DNA from: Rickettsiales bacterium
Lineage (GTDB): Bacteria; Pseudomonadota; Alphaproteobacteria; Rickettsiales; JBIKYU01
Direction: 5' to 3'
DNA length: 56,559 nucleotides
Assembly (NCBI GenBank): GCA_044355085.1
Contig: JBIKYU010000003.1
Span: 1-56,559 of the forward strand
Below, piece after piece: positions 17,359 through 27,249 of the stretch. The notes under the pieces are model-generated. The model saw only the letters and a program-made list of their open reading frames with translations. It did no database searches and was not told the DNA's origin. The position numbers and the translations under genes are program-made. Position 1 is the stretch's first letter. Every line of letters starts with the position of its first letter.

Positions 17359-17694
17359 TTATATATCGACAAAAATATTTCGCTCCCAAGAAGGCATGCT
17401 GAAATATTGAATTGTGCGGTCAATGCTGTAATAGAGCGGGCGGATTTGGCTTGCTACGAATTCTTTTGTGCCTTGATCAACATTTTCAAAGTAAGAAATT
17501 TTCCCACCAACAAATGCTAATTCTGCAGGAATTTCTGGAAGATCTGCATTGTTTTTAGCAGAATTATCTTCATTTTTTTGCTCATCTTTCTCAGCAGAAT
17601 CGGTGCGTTTTTTTTCTTTATGAAAATCCTTATCAAGTCGCATTTGCGTGGACACACCTGCAACACGACCAACAATATGCGTTTCAATAGTCAT
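17359..17694 (-). CDS. Hypothetical protein
   Basis: 111-aa ORF with a charged low-complexity centre and a structured-looking C-terminus. No motif recognised. Confidence 0.4.
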   Translation of the reverse strand: MTIETHIVGRVAGVSTQMRLDKDFHKEKKRTDSAEKDEQKNEDNSAKNNADLPEIPAELAFVGGKISYFENVDQGTKEFVASQIRPLYYSIDRTIQYFSMPSWERNIFVDI

Positions 17695-17778
17695 TATTTT
17701 CTCGTTGATTTTGTTATGTTGTTGCAGAAATTTTTTATAAAAACACTTGAATCTATAGCGGCTTATTATTAACAGAAA

Positions 17779-19089
17779 ATGAACATAAAAATGTCAAAAA
17801 TTAGAAACAGTGGAGCGTCTGAAACGCTCACAATTCAACGCATTTCCGCCTCTGGCGATGGTGAAGCCACATACGAAAACAAACCCATCCGCATTCCCTA
17901 CACCGTTCCTGGCGATTTAATTGAAGCAAAAATTCATCCAAAAAAAGGAGCAGTTCGCTTCGCCACCTTGCAGAAAATAATTTCCGCCAGTGAAAACCGC
18001 CAAGAACCAATTTGCAAGCATTTCACTCTTTGCGGCGGCTGCAATTTGCAGCATCTGGATGAAAAAAATTACCGCGAATTCAAACAGCAGCGTTTAGTAA
18101 AATCTCTACTGCGCGCAGGATTTAGCGCAGAAGAAATAAATCTCAGCATAAAACCTTTATACGCGGTCAATACAAAAAGCCGCCGCAGACTCAGCTGGCA
18201 CATTGCTGCGTCGCACAAAAAAATTAAAATAGGCTTCTTCAGTGAACGCAGTCACGAAGTGATAGAAACTGATGAATGCCAAATCACAAATCATTCAATC
18301 TCTGCTCTTTACAAGCCTTTTAGAGATTTAATTTCAGAAATAAAACCACAAAACGCTTTCTCAAAACTTGATATACAAGACAGCGAAAACGGCATGGATT
18401 TATTGCTGCACTGCAATAAAGAGGCGGAAATATCATTCTCCACTCTAGAAATTTTAAGCGCTTTTGCGAATCAAAACGACATCGCCAGAATAAATATTCT
18501 GCAAAATAATCGCATTATTCCTGTTATAAAACGCAAGAATGTTTCAATAAAATTCGGTGACATTAATATCGATTTACCTGTTGGAGCTTTCCTACAAGCC
18601 GCATCTGAAACCAATCTCCACATCAATAAAATCATCGCTGAACAAAGCAAAAATTGCCGCAATATTATCGATTTATTTTCTGGAATTGGCGCTCACAGCC
18701 TGCCGCTTCTTGCGCAGGCAAAATTGCAGCTTTTTGAAGGCAGCAAAAACATGGTTGACGCACTGCAGAATTCAATAAATGCAAACCAATTAGCCGATAA
18801 AATAAAAGCATCAAATCGCGACCTCAGCCGCAATCCACTTGAAATAGCAGAGCTAGCAACAGCCGATTTAGTAATCATAAATCCACCCAGAAACGGCGCC
18901 GCCGAACAAATGCCCAACCTTGCTTCTAGCGGAGTAAAAAACATAATCATGATTGCCTGCCATCCAGATAGTTTCGCGCGCGATATAAAATTCTGCAAAA
19001 TGGCTGGGTATAAGCTCGATTACGCACAAGCAATCGACCAATTTACATACACACCGCACCTAGAAATCATCGCCGTTTTGCGCAAGTAA
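17779..19089 (+). CDS. SAM-dependent RNA (uracil-5)-methyltransferase, RumA/TrmA family
   Basis: N-terminal TRAM-like segment, Fe-S cysteine cluster CKHFTLCGGCNLQHL, SAM motif DLFSGIG, and a C-terminal PPRNG...ACHP catalytic region. Confidence 0.85.
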   Translation: MNIKMSKIRNSGASETLTIQRISASGDGEATYENKPIRIPYTVPGDLIEAKIHPKKGAVRFATLQKIISASENRQEPICKHFTLCGGCNLQHLDEKNYREFKQQRLVKSLLRAGFSAEEINLSIKPLYAVNTKSRRRLSWHIAASHKKIKIGFFSERSHEVIETDECQITNHSISALYKPFRDLISEIKPQNAFSKLDIQDSENGMDLLLHCNKEAEISFSTLEILSAFANQNDIARINILQNNRIIPVIKRKNVSIKFGDINIDLPVGAFLQAASETNLHINKIIAEQSKNCRNIIDLFSGIGAHSLPLLAQAKLQLFEGSKNMVDALQNSINANQLADKIKASNRDLSRNPLEIAELATADLVIINPPRNGAAEQMPNLASSGVKNIIMIACHPDSFARDIKFCKMAGYKLDYAQAIDQFTYTPHLEIIAVLRK

Positions 19090-20121
19090 ATGACCAAGCC
19101 GCGCCGCTTTTGTTTGCATATAATCGTGATTATGAGCATTGGTTTTTATCTGCAGCGGTACACATTCTTCAACTACTAAACCGCCAGAAACCAAGGCTTC
19201 CGCCTTGCGCGGATTGTTAGTCAGCAAGCGTAATTTTGAAATTTCCAGCAACTTCAACATCGAAACCGCAACCGAAAAACCGCGCGCATCATCAGCAAAA
19301 CCCAAAGCATGATTCGCATCAACTGTATCCAAGCCCTGATCTTTCAAAACATAAGCACGCAGTTTATTGATCAAACCAATTCCGCGACCATCTTGAAGAA
19401 GATACAGAATAAATCCGCCCTCACCTTCAGCCATTGCCATTATCGCTTGATGTAGTTGGTCGTGACAATCACAAGCTAAAGAATCAAGCAAATCTCCCGT
19501 AAAACAAGATGAATGCACACGCACCAACGGCGCAGAAACAGAATCTTTTTTACCAAAAACATGCAGAGCGTAATGCTCTTCTGCGCTCGCTTTTATACGA
19601 AAACCAATCAATGAAACTTTAATACCACCGCGCAAAATCAGCGGTGCCGCGACGGCTTTCTCAAGCAGAATATTTTCCTCGCGCAAAAATTCTAAAGCTT
19701 CTGCAACAAAACATTCAGCCGAGAATTCCGTCTCAGCGCTAAATAAAAATGCCGCTGGCAAAAGCGATGCTCGCGCAAGCAATTGCAGAGCCACATTAAT
19801 TTTCTCATCCAAAATTTTCTGATGCGGAATTTTTTCCTCTTCACAAAATCCCACACCTGCAATTTTTTTGGCAAAATCCAATGTTTTTACAAATGCCCAA
19901 TCAATTTTCTGCACACCAGAAATTTGCGTGTCAGACAATAAATATTGCAAGCGTTTTTCTGTTACAACAACAGCTGAAACAGCTTGCTTTTCAACGCATA
20001 CAGAAGTTTCTATCGCCGAAAAAATCAAGCATCCATCATGATCTTTAAGCGCAATTTTTTCTCCACGCCGCAGCGCATCAATAATTTTCGCTCCCGCAGA
20101 TGTTATTTCCAAAGCTTGCAT
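19060..20121 (-). CDS. ribA: GTP cyclohydrolase II with N-terminal extension
   Basis: LVRVHSSCFTGDLLDSLACDCHDQL (zinc cysteines), QDGRGIGLINKLRAY and LLTNNPRK. ATG 20121 is preferred to TTG 20184. There is a 30-nt convergent overlap with the preceding gene. Confidence 0.85.
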   Translation of the reverse strand: MQALEITSAGAKIIDALRRGEKIALKDHDGCLIFSAIETSVCVEKQAVSAVVVTEKRLQYLLSDTQISGVQKIDWAFVKTLDFAKKIAGVGFCEEEKIPHQKILDEKINVALQLLARASLLPAAFLFSAETEFSAECFVAEALEFLREENILLEKAVAAPLILRGGIKVSLIGFRIKASAEEHYALHVFGKKDSVSAPLVRVHSSCFTGDLLDSLACDCHDQLHQAIMAMAEGEGGFILYLLQDGRGIGLINKLRAYVLKDQGLDTVDANHALGFADDARGFSVAVSMLKLLEISKLRLLTNNPRKAEALVSGGLVVEECVPLQIKTNAHNHDYMQTKAARLGHLLAQNGDDF

Positions 20122-20190
20122 TTTTCTTACTTTCCTTAAATGAAATTGGAGCGCAATATGTTCAGCAAAAAACAATAACGTCAAGAATAC

Positions 20191-20823
20191 ATGGCCAAAA
20201 TTTTTATCATCAGCAAAGAAACTTTATGGCAAGAAATTCTTAGCCAAAACCCGCGCATTGCAGAATTATTGCTGGAGCCTGAGGCGATAAATTCAAGCGA
20301 TTATTTTTCCCACATAATTATTGCGCCAGATAGTATCGGGGATTTTCCTATCGCTATAACCCAGAAAAACCCTCACTTGCAATATTGTTTGCTCGTAGAA
20401 AAAAATCGTGAAAATGAGATTTCCCAATTACCATTCACGCCGCAACAAAAAATTTTTCTGCCCTGCCATATCAGCGAGATATTTAAAAAATTGGAGTTTT
20501 TTATCTCCGCCGCACAGCCCAGAAAATTATATTTTGCCGAATGGAATTTAGATACTGATCGCCGTATTTTTCAAAATAACAAAACAAAAATTTCAATCTC
20601 TGAAGCCGAGAACGCCCTGCTTTCCTGCCTTATAGCCAATTCAGAAAAAGGTATATCGCGCGAATCTCTGCTCAAAGAAATTTTTGGCTACCACAAAGAC
20701 AGCAGTACTCATACTTTAGAGACGCATATTTATCGCCTGCGCCAAAAACTGCAAATCAGTGAAAGCTCACCGCTAATCATCACCACAGAAGATGGATATA
20801 TAATAAAAACAAACATTAAATAA
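20191..20823 (+). CDS. OmpR/PhoB-type winged-helix regulator with degenerate (pseudo-)receiver domain
   Basis: C-terminal Trans_reg_C-like segment (ISISEAENALLSCLIANSEKGISRESLLKEIFGY...THTLETHIYRLRQKL). The N-terminal half lacks the acidic pair, the T/S and the K of canonical receivers. Confidence 0.7.
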   Translation: MAKIFIISKETLWQEILSQNPRIAELLLEPEAINSSDYFSHIIIAPDSIGDFPIAITQKNPHLQYCLLVEKNRENEISQLPFTPQQKIFLPCHISEIFKKLEFFISAAQPRKLYFAEWNLDTDRRIFQNNKTKISISEAENALLSCLIANSEKGISRESLLKEIFGYHKDSSTHTLETHIYRLRQKLQISESSPLIITTEDGYIIKTNIK

Positions 20824-20982
20824 CCCGAAAATCCATTTCATATTTTTAAATGTCTATGATCTGCAAATTTTCAAAACGGATTTATACTAACGGGCTGAAA
20901 AATGGCATTGTATTACTTGCTTAAATAAGCGATGCCAATTATCTAAAGACCCATAATTTCACAACCAAAACATGGAATAATC

Positions 20983-21480
20983 ATGTCTAGCTTTGTCAAA
21001 AATATTGCCTTATCAGCTGCGTTTCTTGCTGCACTAACCACAACTGCCAATGCGCAGCAAAAGGAAAAAAGCTTTAATTCCTGGACCGTTTACACCACAG
21101 AACTTGGTGGAAAAAAAACCGCTTATATCGGCAGCCATCCTTCAAACCAAGATGGTACTTTTAAAAAACGCGACGAGCCTTATTTTCTGGTCACCTGCGT
21201 TGGCAAAGGCGTTGAAGTTAGCGGATCTCCTGGCTACACAATGCCAGAAAATAGCGAGATGAATATCGCCATTGGCGAACAAAAATTTCTACTATTTACG
21301 AAAGGTGAGCTCGCCTGGGCTTATGATTCCAAACAAGATGACGCGATGATTGCCGCGATGAAAAAAGGCAACAACCTTATAGCCAGCGCCGCTTCAGTAA
21401 AAAACAGCGCATCAAAAGATACTTATTCACTGAAAGGCTTCACTGCTGCTTTCAATCACATGAAAGCTTTGTGCAAATAG
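20983..21480 (+). CDS. Secreted IalB-like (invasion-associated locus B family) protein
   Basis: Signal peptide ...TTTANA-QQ. The C-terminal block DAMIAAMKKGNNLIASAASVKNSASKDTYSLKGFTAAFNHM resembles the Bartonella IalB block LINAMKKGRELVVTS...VSLSGFSA (recalled from memory). Confidence 0.6.
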   Translation: MSSFVKNIALSAAFLAALTTTANAQQKEKSFNSWTVYTTELGGKKTAYIGSHPSNQDGTFKKRDEPYFLVTCVGKGVEVSGSPGYTMPENSEMNIAIGEQKFLLFTKGELAWAYDSKQDDAMIAAMKKGNNLIASAASVKNSASKDTYSLKGFTAAFNHMKALCK

Positions 21481-21880
21481 ACCATAAAAAATGGAAACAT
21501 CATGTTAAAAACCCGGGCGGGAGGGGGGAACTTTCGCCCAGGTATGCCAGAGGCATTCTTTGGATCAGCAACTTAAAAAAACCAAACGTTACAAAAATCC
21601 CTTAAAAAACCAAAGATTAATCACACTTCAATCTTGGCCACCCTTCCTAAACAAGCCATTTTATTAAGCTTGCCCCTCCAAATCTCTGCAACCACACAAG
21701 ACTAACAGCAGAACGTTACAGCAGAATCTCAAAAAGAAACAATTAGTCCAGAATCAAGCAGCCTATTTCTACAACATGCCTTGAAAAGCACTTAATTCCT
21801 ATGTTCCCGCAGGAAAAAATTTACAAAAAAGAAATTATTTATCCCTATGATACAGAGAAACACCACTCCAGCTTTTTACG

Positions 21881-21998
21881 CATGAGGAGAAGATGTAAGG
21901 TTTTTAGCGCGGAGTGTACTACACGTACATGAGTACTAAAAAAACAGCAGCGACGATTTCAGGCTAAAAATATGGAATGGTATAATTAGGCAACCAGC
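21881..21998. repeat. Copy 1 of a roughly 100-120 nt intergenic element shared with 46063..46184
   Basis: The 19-mer gtacatgagtactaaaaaa is identical (21925..21943 and 46109..46127). Flanking similarity is about three-quarters by eye, with frame-breaking indels. Confidence 0.75.
21958..21986 (+). promoter_or_regulatory. Extended -10 promoter inside repeat copy 1
   Basis: TTCAGG-17 nt-(TGg)TATAAT, located 30 nt upstream of the ATG at 22016. Confidence 0.35.
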
Positions 21999-22015
21999 AT
22001 TAAAAGAGATACAAA

Positions 22016-22234
22016 ATGCTCATGATAAACAACATAAAAATTGCTGGAATTATTGCACTCCTTGGCAGTAATGCTCCAAGCTTAGAGAGTATAGATTTAC
22101 GTTCTCTCGAAGGCGTTAGCATGGCGCTAGTAGAAACGGGAGAGAATCTTGCAGTATCGGTCCAGCCATTAATCGATGACGCCCTTGGCATGGCAAAAAT
22201 AGAAGCGCAGCGAAACGGCATTCACCTCAATTAA
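22016..22234 (+). CDS. Small acidic hypothetical protein (72 aa)
   Basis: The ORF lies directly downstream of the TATAAT promoter and has plausible composition. No motif recognised. The antisense ORF 22000..22221 looks less protein-like. Confidence 0.35.
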   Translation: MLMINNIKIAGIIALLGSNAPSLESIDLRSLEGVSMALVETGENLAVSVQPLIDDALGMAKIEAQRNGIHLN

Positions 22235-22267
22235 TGCGCTACCAGCCTAGAACAATCGGGCCTTAAA

Positions 22268-23122
22268 TCACTGCGGAATAAGCTCAACGCGACGATTTCT
22301 CCGCTCAACTAAACCATCTGCTGTTTCAATTTTAGGCCTGCTCTCGCCGAGTCCACGCACCTGCATTTGCTCACGTCCAACCGATTGCTTAGCTAGAAGA
22401 TCAGCCACAACCTTTGCCCGACGCTCTGAAAGCCGCAGATTATAATCATCAGCGCCCGCTCTATCAGTGTGTCCTTCCACACGCAATTTATCTTGCTTAT
22501 TTTCACGCAGTTTTTTTGCATAGGCTTGAAGCAATTTTCTGCTCTCTTGCGTCAAGCGATAGGAATCAAAATCAAAATAAACTGCATCAGGAGAAACGCG
22601 TGAATTAGAATTTTCTTCAGCTCGTATTTTTACTGGCTTAATTTTTTTGTCTTTTTTCGCACCCTCAAAAATCTTCAACGCATTCATGAAACCATCACGG
22701 CACAAAGCTATATGTTCAGGCTGCCAGTTTTCTTCCTGCTGCTCCAACCAACATTCATACATTGCTTGTGCATGAGCAATTTCTGCAGGGAAACGAACCA
22801 TCATCTCAGGAGTTAAGATGCGTTTCATCGTTAAATATGCACGCGCGAGCTCATCACGATTTTGTTCTGGCAAATCCCACGCGCTTGGAACTTCCAAAAA
22901 AACCCTACCACTTGCTGATACTTGCAAACCTTTTTTGGCAAAATACTCACCATCAAACCAATCATATTGATTGAGCTCAGATGTAGCAAAAGTCTCGTAT
23001 TCAGCCCGCAAAGCCTCTGAATAAGGAGAGATATTACTTCTCTGTTTTTGCAAAGCGCTGGTGTATGTGCATCCTGCAATAAAAAAACAATTCGCCAACA
23101 AGAAAAAACGTCGTAGCAGCAT
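22268..23122 (-). CDS. OmpA-family peptidoglycan-binding lipoprotein
   Basis: Lipobox FIAGC near the N-terminus. C-terminal OmpA_C domain (VYFDFDSYRL...RVEGHTDRAGADDYNLRLSERRAKVVADLL...NRRVEL). Confidence 0.85.
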   Translation of the reverse strand: MLLRRFFLLANCFFIAGCTYTSALQKQRSNISPYSEALRAEYETFATSELNQYDWFDGEYFAKKGLQVSASGRVFLEVPSAWDLPEQNRDELARAYLTMKRILTPEMMVRFPAEIAHAQAMYECWLEQQEENWQPEHIALCRDGFMNALKIFEGAKKDKKIKPVKIRAEENSNSRVSPDAVYFDFDSYRLTQESRKLLQAYAKKLRENKQDKLRVEGHTDRAGADDYNLRLSERRAKVVADLLAKQSVGREQMQVRGLGESRPKIETADGLVERRNRRVELIPQ

Positions 23123-23234
23123 TTTTAGAACCTCGTATATTATTCCTGGCTTCTAACCTATTTCTGGATTGGCTGCAATCCTACCGTTGAAATGTTAAGG
23201 TTTTTTTATCTACTGAGAATCATCTGAAAATCTT

Positions 23235-23879
23235 ATGCAAATATTTCCTAATTTTGACTTCGAGGAAAAAAATATTTTTCCTGTTGCTGGCGTAGATGAG
23301 GTAGGGCGCGGACCTTGGGCTGGACCTGTAATTGCTGCTGCGGTTATTCTCGACCCTAAAAAAATTCCTCTTGGCATCAATGATTCAAAAAAACTTTCAG
23401 TCAAGAAACGAGAAATTTTATACGCAGAAATTACTTCAACGAGCATTGCCAGCGCAATTGGCCTAGCATCAGTTGCAGAAATTGACAGCCTAAACATTCT
23501 CGAAGCCAGCAAATTAGCCATGCAGCGAGCGATAGAAAAGCTTTCCATCACACCAAATCATCTTTTAATTGACGGAATACATAAGCCAAGCAGCAAATAT
23601 CCATGCACAACAATTATCAAAGGTGACCAAAAAAGCCTGTCAATCGCCGCTGCTTCAATCATTGCCAAAGTAACGCGTGATCGCATCATGGAAGATCTTG
23701 CCAAAATATATCCGCAATATGGATGGGAAAAAAACGCTGGCTACGGCACTAAACTTCATCAAGAAGGTCTAGAAAAATATGGTGCAAATGAACATCATCG
23801 CCAAAGTTTTAAGCCGATAAAACTCTATCTCAGAAATACTAATTCCTGCTCGTTAGAATCAGCAGCTGAAAAACGATAA
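23235..23879 (+). CDS. rnhB: Ribonuclease HII
   Basis: AGVDEVGRGPWAGPVIAAAVIL, DSKKLS, KGDQKSLSIAAASIIAKVTRD and YGTKLH motifs. Confidence 0.93.
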   Translation: MQIFPNFDFEEKNIFPVAGVDEVGRGPWAGPVIAAAVILDPKKIPLGINDSKKLSVKKREILYAEITSTSIASAIGLASVAEIDSLNILEASKLAMQRAIEKLSITPNHLLIDGIHKPSSKYPCTTIIKGDQKSLSIAAASIIAKVTRDRIMEDLAKIYPQYGWEKNAGYGTKLHQEGLEKYGANEHHRQSFKPIKLYLRNTNSCSLESAAEKR

Positions 23880-24589
23880 CCAGCACTGTTGAATTTCTGC
23901 AAATCTTTTTTGTTTTTGATTTCATCCTCCAAAATAAAACGCGCCATTAATCCGCGCGCACGCTTTGCATACATCATCACCGTTTTATATGAGCCATCAC
24001 GGGCACGATCACGAAAAACTGGCACTAGCAAATCAGCAGAAATCCTAGAAAAATCGACAGATTTTGCATATTCAGCCGAAGCTAAATTAACCAAAATTTT
24101 TTGTTTATTTTTGACAATTTCTGCTGCTAAATTTTCGGTAATTTTTTCACGCCAAAACTCATAAAGATTTTTCCCGCGCTGATTTGCAAGAGCAATTCCC
24201 ATTTCTAAACGATACGGAAAAATCGCATCACGCGGACGCAATATTCCGTAAAAACCAGATAATATTCGCAGCTGCAAATCAGCCAGATTTTGCGCTGCTT
24301 GAGATAGTTTTGCAAAATCCAGACCTGAATAAACCTCGCCATTAAACAGCCACGCAGCAGGAAAACTCTGCGCTCTAGATGCAGCCAAATTTTGATAACG
24401 CCGATAATTTAACTCAGCAATTTTCTCGCTTACACCAAGAAGATCGGCAAGTTCGCGCACAGAAAAATCTTGCAATTTATTTAGCAACAAAAATGCATCA
24501 TCCAGCAATTCTGGTTTTGTTGTCGAAACTTGCGCACGCGGCGTTTCATCAAGATTTTTTGCAGGCGAAAGCAAAATCATAATCGACAT
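23825..24589 (-). CDS. yaaA: Peroxide stress protein YaaA (DUF328)
   Basis: MILLSPAKNLD N-terminus and collinear YaaA-like sequence. There is a 55-nt convergent overlap with rnhB. Confidence 0.88.
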   Translation of the reverse strand: MSIMILLSPAKNLDETPRAQVSTTKPELLDDAFLLLNKLQDFSVRELADLLGVSEKIAELNYRRYQNLAASRAQSFPAAWLFNGEVYSGLDFAKLSQAAQNLADLQLRILSGFYGILRPRDAIFPYRLEMGIALANQRGKNLYEFWREKITENLAAEIVKNKQKILVNLASAEYAKSVDFSRISADLLVPVFRDRARDGSYKTVMMYAKRARGLMARFILEDEIKNKKDLQKFNSAGYRFSAADSNEQELVFLR

Positions 24590-24975
24590 ATAACCACCAA
24601 AATTATTTGATTACAGAGCAGCAAAAGTCGCTCCTGTTAATGGACTTCTAGCATCAAACTTGAACGGCAACAAAAATTTTCCCTAAAAAGAATTTTATCT
24701 GCAGGAGCTTTACCATAAATTTCACCAGCAACTGCAATGCCTCAGAAATTCCACAATGAAAAATTTAACTCTTGCTGTAGAAGTATTTTTTGCTTGTGGA
24801 TACGCATCTATACTCGTTAGCTTTGCCTTTACACTCTTCAAAACCTCTAATCTTTCTAAAAATTTTATAGCGCTGATTCAATAAAGAAAAAACATTGCAG
24901 CGGAATTAAAATTTATCCGTGACATTAAGCCAAAGCCAAGGTTATGCTGCTTGAGGAAATTTTCTAACACTCATT

Positions 24976-26307
24976 TTGCTTAGCATGCTTGCTGATATAG
25001 GCGTTGTCGCCCTGCTGATATTATTAAATGGTTTTTTTGCCTTATCGGAAATGGCGCTGGTTTCCGCCAGCAAGCCGCTGCTTAAGCAGGCTGCAAAAAA
25101 TGGCAGCAGGCGCGCTGCTCTCGCCCTTCGTTTAACTGATAACACTGGACGTTTTCTCTCGACCATTCAAACTGGCATTACTCTAGTTGGCATCGCCGCA
25201 GGTGCTTACGGAGCCGCCACTCTTGCCGCAAAATTTGGGGATTTTTTATCCAAAAAATCTTGGTTCCAAGCCTCCATTTTAGCTCCATATCACGAAGAAA
25301 TTTCCTACACTATTATCATCGCGCTGATCACTTATTTCTCGATTATTATCGGCGAATTATTTCCCAAACAAATTGCGCTGAAACATCCTGAAAAAATCTC
25401 ACTCTTTGTTGCGCCAGCAATGACTGCAATTGCTTTTATTTTTACACCTTTTGTAAAAATCCTTGATCTTTCTGGCCGAAGTATTTTTCGTCTCTTCGGC
25501 CAAAAATCTTATACACAAGACCAACTAACTGAAGAAGAAATGCACGCAATATTGGCTGAAGGCAAAGAAACTGGCGTTTTGCATGAAAGCGAACATGAAA
25601 TGTTTCGTCGCATAATGCGCTTAAGCGACCGCGATGTACGCTCTTTCATGACGCCGCGCATCGATATTTCCTCGCTTCCTCATGATGAATCTTTGATTGC
25701 TCTTCGCGCTCTCGCACTTGAGGGCGGACATTCGCGCTATCCCGTTATTGATGGCGATCTCGATCACATAATCGGCATATTAGATACGCGCGATTTGCTC
25801 GCCTTAAATAATGTTGATGATCCTTTTATTTGGCGCAAATCCTTACATACACCTCTCGTAATACCCGAGAACGCCTCAGGCCTACAAACGCTAGAAATTT
25901 TCAAAAATTCATCTCTGCCAATTGCAGTTATTGTTGATGAATACGGAACAACACAAGGGCTGGTGACCGCTGCCGATTTGCTCGAGGCCATTATCGGCGT
26001 ATTGCCTTCAAATTACGATGATGAAGATCCACTGATTTTTGCCCGCGATTCTTCGTCTTGGCTGATTGACGGCGCTGCTCCAGTTGATGAAGCCCTAGAA
26101 GCAATCGGCATAGATCAGCCGCAAAATAACGGCGAATATCAAACTTTCGCAGGTTTTGTCCTCCATCATCTAGCAAAAGAGCCGCTCCTGGGCACAACTT
26201 GCCATTTCGAGAATTTTGTATTTGAAATAATCGACATGGATGGCCGCCGCATCGATAAAATTCTTGTTACGCTAAAAGCAGCTAAGGACAACGATTCCAG
26301 AATCTAG
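24976..26307 (+). CDS. tlyC: Hemolysin C / CorC-family protein (DUF21 + CBS pair + CorC_HlyC)
   Basis: N-terminal 4-TM DUF21 (LLNGFFALSEMALVS), a CBS pair, and a C-terminal transporter-associated domain. Confidence 0.88.
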   Translation: MLSMLADIGVVALLILLNGFFALSEMALVSASKPLLKQAAKNGSRRAALALRLTDNTGRFLSTIQTGITLVGIAAGAYGAATLAAKFGDFLSKKSWFQASILAPYHEEISYTIIIALITYFSIIIGELFPKQIALKHPEKISLFVAPAMTAIAFIFTPFVKILDLSGRSIFRLFGQKSYTQDQLTEEEMHAILAEGKETGVLHESEHEMFRRIMRLSDRDVRSFMTPRIDISSLPHDESLIALRALALEGGHSRYPVIDGDLDHIIGILDTRDLLALNNVDDPFIWRKSLHTPLVIPENASGLQTLEIFKNSSLPIAVIVDEYGTTQGLVTAADLLEAIIGVLPSNYDDEDPLIFARDSSSWLIDGAAPVDEALEAIGIDQPQNNGEYQTFAGFVLHHLAKEPLLGTTCHFENFVFEIIDMDGRRIDKILVTLKAAKDNDSRI

Positions 26308-26515
26308 CAAATATTTAATATCTATTATTTCATCATTGCCTTAGGCTTCAATGTAAGCCTTGTTGATTTATACAAAAAGCCTTCCTTATGACGAAGGTCT
26401 TCAGAGTGATTCAAATTTACCTTCCCAAGCATCTATGTTTTGTGCTAGTTTCTTCGGCCTTTTTTGTTAATTCGCAGTTGATCAATTTGATAAATAAATT
26501 GCCGGAGTAAGGCAC

Positions 26516-26716
26516 ATGTTTGAACAAGATAAATTGCTAGATGAGCTAAAACGCCTAAAGGATGAGCATCGAAATCTTGATGCTCTGATCGCTAATACCA
26601 GCTCATCGGGAGAATGTGATCAGCTGCAGATTCAGCGCCTTAAAAAGCGCAAACTCTGGGTCAAAGATCGCATGGCAGAAATTGAATCCGCCCTTTACGA
26701 CGACATCATCGCATAA
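26516..26716 (+). CDS. DUF465 (YdcH-like) small protein
   Basis: 66 aa with LKDEHRNLD...IQRLKKRKLWVKDRM, typical of DUF465. Confidence 0.7.
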   Translation: MFEQDKLLDELKRLKDEHRNLDALIANTSSSGECDQLQIQRLKKRKLWVKDRMAEIESALYDDIIA

Positions 26717-26725
26717 GCAAATACC

Positions 26726-27232
26726 ATGAAAAAAAATCTTCAACAAAATTCCTCTCCAGTTATCGGCATCATTATGGGTAGCCAATCTGACTGGGAAACC
26801 ATGCGCCATAGCGCAGAAATACTAGAGTTTTTTGCCATTCCTTTTGAAGCAAAAATCGTCTCCGCACATCGCACACCAGAACGTCTTTACGAATATTCAC
26901 GCACGGCAAAATCACGTGGCCTAAAAATTATAATCGCTGGAGCTGGCGGTGCTGCTCATCTTCCTGGCATGACTGCTTCTCTAACCAGCCTACCAGTTTT
27001 GGGCGTTCCCGTAGAAAGCCATCACTTAAAAGGCATGGATAGCCTACTCTCAATCGTACAAATGCCTGGCGGAATACCAGTTGCAACTCTTGCTATTGGC
27101 GCTGCAGGCGCAAAAAATGCAGCCTTACTCGCGACCTCTATAATTGCAATTAGCGACCCACAATTAGCCGATAAATTGGAAGAATATCGCGCCAATCAAA
27201 CTGCAGCTATCGCAGAAAATCCAACCAACTAG
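26726..27232 (+). CDS. purE: N5-carboxyaminoimidazole ribonucleotide mutase
   Basis: [20 protein letters not shown] and [10 protein letters not shown] motifs. Confidence 0.95.
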   Translation: MKKNLQQNSSPVIGIIMGSQSDWETMRHSAEILEFFAIPFEAKIVSAHRTPERLYEYSRTAKSRGLKIIIAGAGGAAHLPGMTASLTSLPVLGVPVESHHLKGMDSLLSIVQMPGGIPVATLAIGAAGAKNAALLATSIIAISDPQLADKLEEYRANQTAAIAENPTN

Positions 27233-27249
27233 TAGCACAAGGCTTAAAC

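Noticed and set aside
21500-21545. Unusually GC-rich stretch cccgggcgggaggggggaactttcgcccagg after the IalB-like gene, considered as a terminator or structured RNA
   Set aside because: The stem is interrupted (5 bp plus a mismatch plus 2 bp), the loop is 15 nt and no T-run follows. I found no match to the conserved cores of SRP, RNase P, tmRNA or 6S RNA.
24756-24884. 42-codon ORF (MKNLTLAVEVFFACGYASILVSFAFTLFKTSNLSKNFIALIQ) in the yaaA-tlyC intergenic region
   Set aside because: It is hydrophobic and plausible as a small membrane peptide. It has no RBS, is very short, and has no supporting feature, so I did not report it as a gene.
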